Assembly (NCBI GenBank): GCA_965223325.1
Contig: CBDCWI010000002.1
Span: 2,528,001 to 2,592,000, forward strand
Reading direction: 5' to 3'
Length of the DNA: 64,000 nucleotides
Source of the DNA: Candidatus Multivoradales bacterium
GTDB taxonomy: Bacteria; Acidobacteriota; Thermoanaerobaculia; Multivoradales; Multivoraceae
Of the stretch, positions 48,918 through 58,012 are shown in pieces (within the stretch, counting starts at the first letter, position 1; each line of letters opens with the position of its first letter). The position numbers and the translations under genes were made by a program. The notes beneath the pieces were generated by a model. It had not been told where the DNA came from and ran no database searches. It saw only the letters and a program-made list of their open reading frames with translations.

Positions 48918-50951
48918 TTGCTCCACGCGATGGCTTCGTTCTCGACCGTTCACCGAGGGCCCGGCAAGAGGACCCCGGCCAGACGTGTCTCCGCCACAGC
49001 CTCCTTGGGCCTCGCTCTCCTCGTCTGCAGCCTCGGGCCCGCAGGCGCGGCGAACCACCCCCACGACATGCTGGACGAGGCAGAGATCGCTGAAGCAATA
49101 GAGATCCTGAAAGCCAACGATCTTCTGCCCAGCGGCTCTCTCTTGATCTCGCTCGATCTCGAGCCGCCCGAAAAGGCGGCGGTACTCGCCTGGCGCAAGG
49201 AGCCCTCGCCTGCGACCCTACCGCCTCGGAGGGCGCGGGCCGTCTTTCGCCACGCCAGCTCGAGCTCGGTCGCGGTCGTCGATCTCAGCGCGGGCAAGCT
49301 GGCATCGAGAGAGACCGTATCGCCGGGGCAGGTCGCTATTGTCCTCCCCGAACTCTTCTCCGCCATCCAGGCAATCTTCGCCGACGAGCGCATGCGACGA
49401 GCCCTCGAGAAGCGCGGCATCGAGAAGATCGGGCTGGACACGCTCTACTGTGCACCGAGGACCGTTGGCAACTTCGGAGAAGAGGTTGAAAACACCAGGC
49501 GCCTGACCAAGATCGACTGTTTCGATCTGCGCGACAACCCAACCAACATCTTTGCTACCCCGGTCGAGAACCTGTACGCCGTCGTCGATCTCGACTCCGG
49601 CGAGGTCCTAGACGTCCGTGACCTGGGCCTGGTCCCGGTGCCGCGAGGAACCCACTCCCTGGCCAAGGCCGATCAAGAGCGGCTACGCGAGCGCTCGGAA
49701 TTGCCGGAGACGACGGGTTCCTTCACCCTCGATGGTTGGGTCGTGCGCTGGGAAAACTGGCAGGCGCACATTTCCTGGAGTACCCACGCCGGTCTCGTGC
49801 TCTCTGATGTGAGCTACCGCGACCAGGGGGAGGCGCGCAGTGTTCTGTATGAGGGCCATCTCTCCGAACTCTACGTGCCCTATATGGATCCGAACGAGGG
49901 CTGGTACTTCCGCAACTACTTCGACGAGGGCGACTACGGTCTCGGCACAACGTCAGCCCCACTGGTCAAGGGCAGCGACTGTCCGGCAGGGGCGCGGTAC
50001 CTGACCCCGATCATGGCCAACGCGAGCGGCGGGGCGACTCGGCTCGAAGACCGCATCTGTATCTTCGAAAGGGCAACGGGAGAGCCCACATGGCGCCACT
50101 TCGACATGCTTTCCGGGCAGCTCGACTCGCGAGCCGACCGCGACCTGATCGTGCGCTCCATCGCCACCGTGGGCAACTACGACTACCTCTTCGATTGGAT
50201 TCTTGACGCCAAGGGCCGAATCACTTTCCGCGGTGGCGCCAGCGGTCTCGACGCCGTCAAGGCCGTTCGGGCCACGCATCTCGACGACGAGAGTGCCGAG
50301 GAAGACACGGGCTGGGGCCCGCTCATCGCGCCGAACCGCGCCGGCATAAACCACGATCACTTCTTCTCACTGCGCCTCGATCTCGACATCGACGGCACCA
50401 CCAACCGCTTCGTCAAGGATGAGCTCTACGTCGAAGAGCAACCAGAAGGAAGCAAGCGCAAGAGCCTCTGGCGGGTGCGCGAACGCGTACTCGAGAATGA
50501 ATCCGAGGCGCGGCTCGAGATCAGCCTCAGGGAACCAAGCCTGTGGCGGGTACAGAGCAGCGAGCGCAAGAACGCCATGGGCTACCCCACCAGCTACCAA
50601 CTGCGAAGCGGTGGCAACGCGCTGCCGTTGGTAGATCGCGAGGACTCGCCGCTCGAACGAGCCGCGTTCGCCAACCACCACCTCTGGATCACAAGGCACA
50701 GCGCTGACGAACGTTGGGCGGCCGGCGAGTTTCCCAATCAGCTACCGCCAGGGTCCGACGCCGCGGGCCTGCCGGCCTGGACAGAAGGAAACCGCGCGAT
50801 TGCAAACCAGGACATCGTGCTGTGGTACACCCTGGGGTTTCACCACGTGCCCTCCTCCGAGGATTGGCCGGTCTACAACGTCGGATGGCACTCCGTCACG
50901 CTCGCCCCCTACAACTTCTTCGACCGCAACCCGGCGATGGACCTGCCCTGA
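48918..50951 (+). CDS. Secreted copper/TPQ-dependent primary amine oxidase
   Basis: NHPHDML, YFDEG (active-site base), TVGNYDY (TPQ consensus), HDHFF and GFHHVP (Cu ligands), EDWPV, PYNFFDRNP. AGGAGG RBS before TTG. Confidence 0.93.
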   Translation: MLHAMASFSTVHRGPGKRTPARRVSATASLGLALLVCSLGPAGAANHPHDMLDEAEIAEAIEILKANDLLPSGSLLISLDLEPPEKAAVLAWRKEPSPATLPPRRARAVFRHASSSSVAVVDLSAGKLASRETVSPGQVAIVLPELFSAIQAIFADERMRRALEKRGIEKIGLDTLYCAPRTVGNFGEEVENTRRLTKIDCFDLRDNPTNIFATPVENLYAVVDLDSGEVLDVRDLGLVPVPRGTHSLAKADQERLRERSELPETTGSFTLDGWVVRWENWQAHISWSTHAGLVLSDVSYRDQGEARSVLYEGHLSELYVPYMDPNEGWYFRNYFDEGDYGLGTTSAPLVKGSDCPAGARYLTPIMANASGGATRLEDRICIFERATGEPTWRHFDMLSGQLDSRADRDLIVRSIATVGNYDYLFDWILDAKGRITFRGGASGLDAVKAVRATHLDDESAEEDTGWGPLIAPNRAGINHDHFFSLRLDLDIDGTTNRFVKDELYVEEQPEGSKRKSLWRVRERVLENESEARLEISLREPSLWRVQSSERKNAMGYPTSYQLRSGGNALPLVDREDSPLERAAFANHHLWITRHSADERWAAGEFPNQLPPGSDAAGLPAWTEGNRAIANQDIVLWYTLGFHHVPSSEDWPVYNVGWHSVTLAPYNFFDRNPAMDLP

Positions 50952-50997
50952 TCATCGGCAGCTAGATCATCGGCAGCTTGATCAGCGACTCCCACAG

Positions 50998-52149
50998 ATG
51001 GACCCGCAAGCACTGACCGCTCTGCGCCAGCGGTTTCCCATCCTGGCGAGTACCACCTACATGATCTCCAACTCGTTGGGGGCCATGCCGGCGGCAGTCG
51101 AAGACGAGCTGCAACGCTACGCCGAAGCATGGAAGACACGTGGTGTTCGCGCGTGGCACGAAGGGTGGTGGGAGGCACCCGTTGATGTCGGTGACCTGAT
51201 CGCACCGTTTCTCGGCGTTCCGACGGGCAGCGTCGCAATGCATCCGAACGTGTCGCTCGCTACCGCGGTCTTCTGTTCGTGTCTCGACTATCCAGGCGAG
51301 CGCAACCGCATCGTCTACAGCGAGCTCAACTTTCCGAGCCTCTGCTATGTCCTTGAAGGCGAGAAGAAGAAGGGGGCCGAAGTCCGGGTTGTGCCATCAC
51401 GCGACGGCCTTTCGATTGAGACCGAAGACCTGCTTTCTGCTATCGACGAGCGCACCCGCCTGGTGCCGATCTCGCACGTGCTCTTTAAAAGCGCCTTCAT
51501 CCAGGACGCCGAGCAGATCGCCCGTCGTTGTCGAGAGGTCGGAGCCCTTCTGCTACTCGACGTCTACCAGTCGGCCGGAGTGATGCCACTCGAACTCGAA
51601 CGTTGGGGCGTCGATGCGGCAGTGGGAGGATGCTTGAAGTGGCTCTGCGGCGGACCCGGGAACTGCTTCCTGTACGTTCGCGAGGGGCTCGACTCCGAGC
51701 TCACACCGACAACCACCGGTTGGCAGTCCGACCAACACCCTTTCGAGTTCAACGCCAAGCACGAACGAGTCAGCGAAGGGGCCTGGCGCTTCCTGACCGG
51801 CACACCCAACGTGCCCGGGCTCCACGCCGCACGTCCTGGACTCGAGATTCTCGGCGCGCTCGATATCGGGGAGATAAGGCAGCGCTCGCTGGCCCTCACG
51901 GACCGCCTGATCGAAGTGGCCGATGAAGAGGGGCTCGAGGTCTGCTCGCCACGGGACGCTGGATCGCGTGGAGGAACGGTCACCCTGGGACACCCCGAAG
52001 CAGAACGCGTCGCTGCCGAGCTCAACGCGGCCGACATCGTGTGCGACTGGCGGCCGGGAGCCGGGGTTCGCCTCTCGCCACACGTCTACAACACCCTCGA
52101 AGAATGTGAACGCGCCGTGCGCGAGATGAAGAGCCACGCCGCTGCCTAG
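50998..52149 (+). CDS. Kynureninase-like PLP enzyme (aminotransferase class V)
   Basis: YMISNSLGAMP, W..GV.AW..GWW, NFPS, DVYQSAG, GGCLKWLCGGPG, RGG, D.RP..GVRLSP. Confidence 0.85.
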   Translation: MDPQALTALRQRFPILASTTYMISNSLGAMPAAVEDELQRYAEAWKTRGVRAWHEGWWEAPVDVGDLIAPFLGVPTGSVAMHPNVSLATAVFCSCLDYPGERNRIVYSELNFPSLCYVLEGEKKKGAEVRVVPSRDGLSIETEDLLSAIDERTRLVPISHVLFKSAFIQDAEQIARRCREVGALLLLDVYQSAGVMPLELERWGVDAAVGGCLKWLCGGPGNCFLYVREGLDSELTPTTTGWQSDQHPFEFNAKHERVSEGAWRFLTGTPNVPGLHAARPGLEILGALDIGEIRQRSLALTDRLIEVADEEGLEVCSPRDAGSRGGTVTLGHPEAERVAAELNAADIVCDWRPGAGVRLSPHVYNTLEECERAVREMKSHAAA

Positions 52150-53048
52150 GGCAGGTCGAGGCGCTTGCGCTTTTCCCACAGCGCCTTGCGACTGATGCCA
52201 AGGATCTCCGCTGCCTTCCCTTGATGGCCACGCGTGTACTCGAGGGCTCTGAGGATCCCCTCACGCTCGAGCTCAATCAGCGAGGGGGGCTTCGAGCCCC
52301 GATGGTCACGAGGCATCTCGGGGTTGACCACCTGACCGGGATCAAGCACCACTCGACGTTCGAGAACATTGCGCAGCTGACGCACGTTGCCGGGCCAGGA
52401 GTAGTCGAGCATCCACGACCGCGCCTCGTCGGCGAGGCGTAGCTGCCCCAAGCCGTGGCGAATCGCAAGTTCTGACAGCAGCGCCTCAATCAACGGCTCG
52501 AGATCTTCGCGGCGCTCGCGCAGCGCCGGCAACCGGAAGGCGAGGACTTCCAGCCGGTAGTAGAGGTCTTCTCTGAACAGGCCCTGGCTGACACGTTGCG
52601 GCAGCTCGTGCGACGCCACGGCGATGACCCGTACGTCGGCTGTCCGTTCGCGGCCCCCCAACGGGGCGTAGCGGCTCTCGGCAAGCAAGCGAAGCAGCTT
52701 GGGCTGCGCATCGAGCGGCAGCTCTTCGACCGGATCGAGGAGTAGTGAACCTCCTTCGGCCCGCCCCAGGCGCCCTTCGCTCGCGCCCCGTGCGCCGGTG
52801 AAAGCGCCAGCGCGGTATCCAAAGAGCTCGCTCTCGAAGAGAGTCGAAGGGATCACGCCAGGGTCGAACTCGACCAACGCACCGCGGCGTTCACTGACTT
52901 CGTGAACAGCACGCGCCAAGCTGGAGCGGCCGGTCCCCGGCTCTCCGACGATCAGAACGACTGAGGCGCTGCGGGCCGCTCGATGGAGCGGGTCGCGCAA
53001 CCCGGCAAGCGATGGTGTTGCGTCGAGCAGTTGATCGATACGACTCAC
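52146..53048 (-). CDS. Sigma-54 interaction (AAA+)-Fis HTH regulator, no N-terminal sensory domain, degenerate Walker motifs
   Basis: GEPGTGRS, ESELFGY..GAFTGA, LLLDPV, QPKLLR, FREDLYYRL, WPGNVRQL, C-terminal HTH. Confidence 0.9.
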   Translation of the reverse strand: MSRIDQLLDATPSLAGLRDPLHRAARSASVVLIVGEPGTGRSSLARAVHEVSERRGALVEFDPGVIPSTLFESELFGYRAGAFTGARGASEGRLGRAEGGSLLLDPVEELPLDAQPKLLRLLAESRYAPLGGRERTADVRVIAVASHELPQRVSQGLFREDLYYRLEVLAFRLPALRERREDLEPLIEALLSELAIRHGLGQLRLADEARSWMLDYSWPGNVRQLRNVLERRVVLDPGQVVNPEMPRDHRGSKPPSLIELEREGILRALEYTRGHQGKAAEILGISRKALWEKRKRLDLP

Positions 53049-53082
53049 GACGACCGGTTCCTGATCCTCAGGCGGCGGCCCC

Positions 53083-53517
53083 TCAACCGTCGTTCTGGGG
53101 CAACGTCGTAAACGTCAGGGTGACGTCGGGCGCGTCCGACCACAGCTTCTCGAGACGATAGAAATCGCGGCGTTCATCATCGAAGACGTGGACGACAAAG
53201 TCTCCGAAGTCCAGCAGCACCCAATGACCTTCGGTAAGGCCCTCGACGTGTGTGGCCCGCGTTCCTTGATCGCGCAGGGCGCGCTCGATGCCTTCAGCGA
53301 TGGCGCTCACCTGGCGTGCGTTCGACCCGCTCATGACCAGGAAGAAGTCGGTGAAGTCACTGACTTCGGCCACCTTCAGCACCACCAGATCGATCGCCTT
53401 CTTCTCTTCGGCCGCCGCCACTGCGTGACCGACCGCAACTGCCGCTCTAGCGACTCTCTCCTCAGCAGACACGCGGGTGTGGGCAGTGGAGAGGGTCGGC
53501 TTCTGTGTGGCGGGCAT
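53083..53517 (-). CDS. rsfS: Ribosome silencing factor RsfS
   Basis: KKAIDL, TDFFL..SG.N.RQV.AIA, WVLLDFGD.VVHVF...R.FY.LEKLW. Confidence 0.95.
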   Translation of the reverse strand: MPATQKPTLSTAHTRVSAEERVARAAVAVGHAVAAAEEKKAIDLVVLKVAEVSDFTDFFLVMSGSNARQVSAIAEGIERALRDQGTRATHVEGLTEGHWVLLDFGDFVVHVFDDERRDFYRLEKLWSDAPDVTLTFTTLPQNDG

Positions 53518-53566
53518 ATGAAGTGGGGCGTTTCCAGGCGCTGCCGTTCTGCCGGGGCAGGGAGAC

Positions 53567-54217
53567 CTACGGGGCTCCGCGGTACAGGCCGTACTTGTTG
53601 CAAAAGTCTAACACTGGGGCCGGTACACCATCGGGACGCTCACCCGCGGCGAGACTGGCACGGATGGCGGTCGACGAAACGATGACCTCATTGTTCTGGA
53701 CCCAGATCGTGCGATCGGACGGGGCGTCTCGGAGAGCAGCGGGTAGGTCTTCGCGCAGAGTTTCACTCCCGTCCCGGGCCAGGACGACAATGCGCGCGAG
53801 TTCCTGAATGTCCCACCAACGCTTCCAGGAGTCGAGCTCGTTGTACGAGTCAGCGCCCACCAGCAGGTAGAGATCTGCATCCGGGTAGAGCGCGCCGAAA
53901 TGCTCGAGCGTCTCGACCGTGTAGGCAGGTTTGCCGAGAGTGAGCTCGCGCGCCGACACCTCAAAGGACAAGTCGTCGAGCAGCGCCATTTCGACCATCG
54001 CGTAGCGTCGCCATGCCGAGGCGTGACGCGGGCCTTCTTTGTGAGGCGGTCGCGCGGTCGGAAGAAAGAGGACTCGATCGAGTCCCACGTCTGCCGCGGC
54101 TCTCCTGACCGGCTCGATGTGGCCGTTGTGGATGGGATCGAAACTGCCGCCGAACAAACCGAGCTTGTAACGATCAACCGGGGGCGCCTGTTTCGGTTGA
54201 GGATCACGATCACTCAC
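53567..54217 (-). CDS. nadD: Nicotinate-nucleotide adenylyltransferase
   Basis: GLFGGSFDPIHNGH, PPHK, YTVETL, GADS, SSTAIR. Confidence 0.96.
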   Translation of the reverse strand: MSDRDPQPKQAPPVDRYKLGLFGGSFDPIHNGHIEPVRRAAADVGLDRVLFLPTARPPHKEGPRHASAWRRYAMVEMALLDDLSFEVSARELTLGKPAYTVETLEHFGALYPDADLYLLVGADSYNELDSWKRWWDIQELARIVVLARDGSETLREDLPAALRDAPSDRTIWVQNNEVIVSSTAIRASLAAGERPDGVPAPVLDFCNKYGLYRGAP

Positions 54218-54221
54218 GACA

Positions 54222-55427
54222 TCACTCCTCCTCTTCGGTCACAAAACGCACGGCGCGCTCTTCTTCTGCCTCGCGCTCGGACTGGCGCAGCTCGTCGAGC
54301 AAATGGACCACCTGGTCAACCAGCGGTCGTAAGCCGCGTCCGGTCACCGAACTCAGTTCCCGATAGGGCAAACCGCGTTCCTCCGTCGCCTTGCGCAACG
54401 CCTCCTGGCGCTCGCCGTCGACAGCGTCGATCTTGCTACCAACCACGATACGCGGACGTTCGAGCAGGTCGGGAGCAAATGCCGCCAACTCCTCTTCGAT
54501 CACCGCGAGCTCGTCGTTCGCAGGCTGCTCGCCCCACGATAGATCCACCAGATGAAGAAGGACTCGGCAGCGTTCGACATGGCGCAAGAAACGGTGTCCG
54601 AGACCGGCCCCTGCCGCTGCGCCGGCGATCAACCCTGGAAGATCGGCGATCACAAACGGGTCGGCGCCCGATGCTGGGGCCACCACACCGAGCTGCGGCA
54701 CGAGGGTCGTAAAGGGGTAGTCGGCGACTTTCGGTCTGGCCGCGGTGAGCACGCTGATCAGCGTCGACTTGCCGGCGTTCGGCAGACCAACGACCCCGAC
54801 GTCGGCCAGTAGCTTGAGCTCGAGGAGCAGCTGGCGCGCTTCACCTTCCTGACCATCTTGGGCGAAACGCGGGGTTTGACGGGTAGCGGTCGAGAAGTGC
54901 GCGTTGCCTTTGCCGCCTTTTCCACCTTGCGCCACGAGCAGACGTTGACCATCCTCGATGACTTCACCGAGCGAGCGCCGGACTGGCTCGGGATCTACAT
55001 CCTCCGGCGAGCCATCGCCTGCTTGCAGAAAGGGGTTGCTGGCGAGGGCCTCCTGGTGAGCGAGCTGTTGTTCACTCGGTTCTTCAGCCAGGTCCTCCGC
55101 GTCGGGCTCGGCTTCCGTCTCCGGGCTCACCTCTTCGAAAACGACGGTACCTAGTGGCACAGCGATCTCGAGGTCCTCACCCGAGCGCCCAGTTCGGTTC
55201 GAACCTTCCCCATGACGACCACGCTCCGCACGCCAGGTCTTTGGCATGCGCAGGTGGTAGAGCGTGTTGAGATTGCGATCGCCAACCAGCCATACCGAGC
55301 CGCCACGCCCACCGTCGCCGCCCGCAGGCCCGCCACGCGGCACGAATTTCTCGCGCCTGAAGGCAACGACGCCGTTGCCGCCGTTACCCGCCTCGACCGT
55401 AAACCGACATTCGTCGATGAAATTCAT
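54222..55427 (-). CDS. obgE: GTPase ObgE
   Basis: FIDE, FRREKFVP.GGP.GGDGG.GG, GLPNAGKSTL, YPFTT, DLPG, SKID. Confidence 0.97.
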   Translation of the reverse strand: MNFIDECRFTVEAGNGGNGVVAFRREKFVPRGGPAGGDGGRGGSVWLVGDRNLNTLYHLRMPKTWRAERGRHGEGSNRTGRSGEDLEIAVPLGTVVFEEVSPETEAEPDAEDLAEEPSEQQLAHQEALASNPFLQAGDGSPEDVDPEPVRRSLGEVIEDGQRLLVAQGGKGGKGNAHFSTATRQTPRFAQDGQEGEARQLLLELKLLADVGVVGLPNAGKSTLISVLTAARPKVADYPFTTLVPQLGVVAPASGADPFVIADLPGLIAGAAAGAGLGHRFLRHVERCRVLLHLVDLSWGEQPANDELAVIEEELAAFAPDLLERPRIVVGSKIDAVDGERQEALRKATEERGLPYRELSSVTGRGLRPLVDQVVHLLDELRQSEREAEEERAVRFVTEEEE

Positions 55428-55461
55428 CGAACCTCGGGCCCTTTACGGTCACCCCGCGCGC

Positions 55462-55719
55462 CTACTCGGAAGCGTCGATGTGCACCCAGGTTCCGCGACG
55501 ACCGCGATTCTGAAAGCGCACCACACCATTCGCGGTTGCGAAAAGCGTGTCGTCGCCACCGCGACGAACGTTGGTACCGGGGAAGAACTTCGTTCCCCGC
55601 TGGCGCACGATGATCGTGCCGCCGGTAACCGTTTGACCGCCGTAGCGCTTGACACCGAGATGGCTGGGGTTGGAATCGCGACCGTTGCGACTGGAACCCT
55701 GTCCCTTTTTGTGAGCCAT
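55462..55719 (-). CDS. rpmA: 50S ribosomal protein L27
   Basis: [16 protein letters not shown]...LGVK..G...IIVRQRGT. Confidence 0.98.
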   Translation of the reverse strand: MAHKKGQGSSRNGRDSNPSHLGVKRYGGQTVTGGTIIVRQRGTKFFPGTNVRRGGDDTLFATANGVVRFQNRGRRGTWVHIDASE

Positions 55720-55740
55720 TTCTCAAACTCCAGAAGTTGA

Positions 55741-56049
55741 TTAGCCGGCGATGCTGTCGATCTTGACGCGCAGCATGTTCTGGCGGTGGCCGGCAAGGCG
55801 CTCGTAACGCTTGCGACGCTTCTTCTTGTAGACCAGGACCTTGGGAGCCCGAACGGCACCGACGACCGAAGCCTTGACCGAGGCACCTTCGAGGGTCGGG
55901 GTTCCGATCTGAGGCTCACCTGAGCCGCCGACCATGAGGACATTCTCGAACGAGATCGAGTCGCCATCGTGCTCGAGGAGTTCGATGTCGAGAACATCAC
56001 CTTCCTGAACGCGATACTGCTTTCCCCCGGTTTCGATGATGGCGTACAT
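55741..56049 (-). CDS. rplU: 50S ribosomal protein L21
   Basis: MYAIIETGGKQYRV...KKKRRK.Y...GHRQ. True start is ATG 56049. Confidence 0.98.
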   Translation of the reverse strand: MYAIIETGGKQYRVQEGDVLDIELLEHDGDSISFENVLMVGGSGEPQIGTPTLEGASVKASVVGAVRAPKVLVYKKKRRKRYERLAGHRQNMLRVKIDSIAG

Positions 56050-56232
56050 AGCTTTTTCTCTCCGTAGGTTGCCTCTGGCCTCAGACCGCAACAGGCGGCG
56101 AGGGCGTGAGCCGATTGGCCATCGGCTGGAGACAGGACCGCAGGCTGAACTCACGAACTAGTGGAGTCGAAGCACGGAACCTGAGAGGCAGAACGCGGAG
56201 CTTAACGCCCGGCGCACGAGCGGTCAATGGGA

Positions 56233-56409
56233 CTAGTGGCCAGAATCGGCCGACTGCATACCCTCGAACTCTTCAGAGGTGGCGAAGAGCTCGGGTTCTT
56301 CCTCGCCGCAGACCTCGCACATGATCTCGGTCACCACGCCTTCTTTGTACTCGAAGACGTAACAGGGACTCTCACATTCGAGGCAAATGAGGTACTCAGG
56401 GCGCGCCAT
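56233..56409 (-). CDS. Small acidic zinc-ribbon protein (58 aa), missed by the ORF track
   Basis: Manual translation MARPEYLICLECESPCYVFEYKEGVVTEIMCEVCGEEEPELFATSEEFEGMQSADSGH*. CxxC-x18-CxxC, GGAG RBS, normal codon usage. Confidence 0.8.
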   Translation of the reverse strand: MARPEYLICLECESPCYVFEYKEGVVTEIMCEVCGEEEPELFATSEEFEGMQSADSGH

Positions 56410-56504
56410 AGCGAAGGCTCCAGTCTCGGAAACAAAGACACGGGGACCCCGCGCTTTCGCCCAAGATTAACAGGTATTGCGCCGAAATCTAGTATCCAGC
56501 CTGG

Positions 56505-57932
56505 CTATTGCCCGCCTCCACTGCCGCCGTCGCGTACGCCGAGGATCGCCGGCCGCAGGAACCGCCCGGTCTCCTCCAACACCCCGCGGCGTGACACGGG
56601 CTGCGCGGCGGGAAGGTGCACCTGGACCGTCGTGCCCTCACCGACCACCGACTGAACCGAGATCTCACCGTCGTGCGCCCGCACGATGCGGTCGACGATC
56701 GCCAGGCCGAGCCCGGTGCCGCCCTTGCGCTTCGAGTAGAAGAGCTCGAACATCTTCTCGAGATCCTCGGCCTCGATCCCGCAGCCGTTGTCCTCGACCG
56801 ACAGAATCACCCGCTCGTCGACCCGGCGGACGCGAAACTTGAGCTTGGGGTTCTTGCGCAGTCGACAGGCCTCGAGTGCATTGTCGGCGAGGTTGAGGAT
56901 CAGCTGATGCAGCTGCGGCGGATCGACCCGGACGCTGCCCGCCCCCGGCCCCAGCGCCGCCGTTTCGTCTTCGATCTCGAGTGCGATGCCCGCTGCCAGC
57001 ACCCTCCCCCGAAGGACTTCGGCGACGTGCTCGAAGAGCGCCCCGGCTTCGACTTCCTCGAGATCGAGATCTGCCGGACGGGCATAGGAGAGAAAGTCGG
57101 TCACCAGGCGCTCGAGCCGAGCGATCTCCGAGCGCGTGATCGAGGTCAACCGGCGACCCGACGAAGTTCCGCCCTGTTGGTCGAACTCCTCTTCGAGCAT
57201 TTGCATGTTGAGGTTCAGAGAGTTGAGCGGGCTGCGAATCTCGTGCGCGAGCCCCGAAGCAAGCGTGCCGACGTAGGCCAGGCGCCCGGCTTCCTCGGCC
57301 TTCTCCTCGAGCTTCTGGTTGCGCTTGAACAACACCAGAAGGAGAAGGTAGGCACCGGCAAACAAACCAATCGTCAGCACGCCAATGATGCTCGCCTGGC
57401 GGAGGAGTTCGGCGCGCAGGGTCTCGAGTCGCAGCTCGAGCTCCTGCCCGCTGATTCCAATGACAAACGTCCCCATACGGCCGACCGGCACCTCGACCCG
57501 CTCATAGGGCGTCTGACGCTGCACGTTGTGAACGACGACCGACGCATCTGAAGGCGCTTCGACCTCCTCCGGACCACGCGTATCGATTTTGCGGTTCTGA
57601 AAGATGACCGCGCCGTTGCTGTCACGGATCTCGACCTCCTCGACAATGCGCCGCTGGCTCAGGATCGAGTCGATATAGGTCTGCGTTTCGGTCTCGGTTG
57701 CCACCGCGGTATAGAGATCGAGACCACGCTCCTCGGCGCCGGTCGCGATCTGCTGAGCCAATTCTTCGGCTTCGGAACGCGCCTCGAGAATCACGCGGTT
57801 GACCTCGCGCTCAGAGAGAGACCGAAAGATCAGCCAACCGAACAATGCCAAGTCACAGAGTACGAAGAGCCCGAAGACAGCTGTCCATACCAGCAGGCGA
57901 CGCGACATCAGAGGGTGTAAGGCGGACTTCAT
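56505..57932 (-). CDS. Membrane sensor histidine kinase
   Basis: Two TMs, GLAHEIRSPL (H-box), NLADNA, EDNGCGI, GTGLGL. Start uncertain (57908-57983). Confidence 0.93.
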   Translation of the reverse strand: MKSALHPLMSRRLLVWTAVFGLFVLCDLALFGWLIFRSLSEREVNRVILEARSEAEELAQQIATGAEERGLDLYTAVATETETQTYIDSILSQRRIVEEVEIRDSNGAVIFQNRKIDTRGPEEVEAPSDASVVVHNVQRQTPYERVEVPVGRMGTFVIGISGQELELRLETLRAELLRQASIIGVLTIGLFAGAYLLLLVLFKRNQKLEEKAEEAGRLAYVGTLASGLAHEIRSPLNSLNLNMQMLEEEFDQQGGTSSGRRLTSITRSEIARLERLVTDFLSYARPADLDLEEVEAGALFEHVAEVLRGRVLAAGIALEIEDETAALGPGAGSVRVDPPQLHQLILNLADNALEACRLRKNPKLKFRVRRVDERVILSVEDNGCGIEAEDLEKMFELFYSKRKGGTGLGLAIVDRIVRAHDGEISVQSVVGEGTTVQVHLPAAQPVSRRGVLEETGRFLRPAILGVRDGGSGGGQ

Positions 57933-58012
57933 CGGTTCGAGGGCTCGGATCATCTCCGGGACGGGAAACCATAAGAGTATCAATGGGTTGATAGCATTCG
58001 CGGCGTTCCACC

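Noticed and set aside
50950-50984. 15-bp tandem duplication GATCATCGGCAGCT(A/T) after the amine oxidase stop
   Set aside because: Only about 2.3 copies in a short intergenic gap. Most simply a local slippage with no evidence of function.
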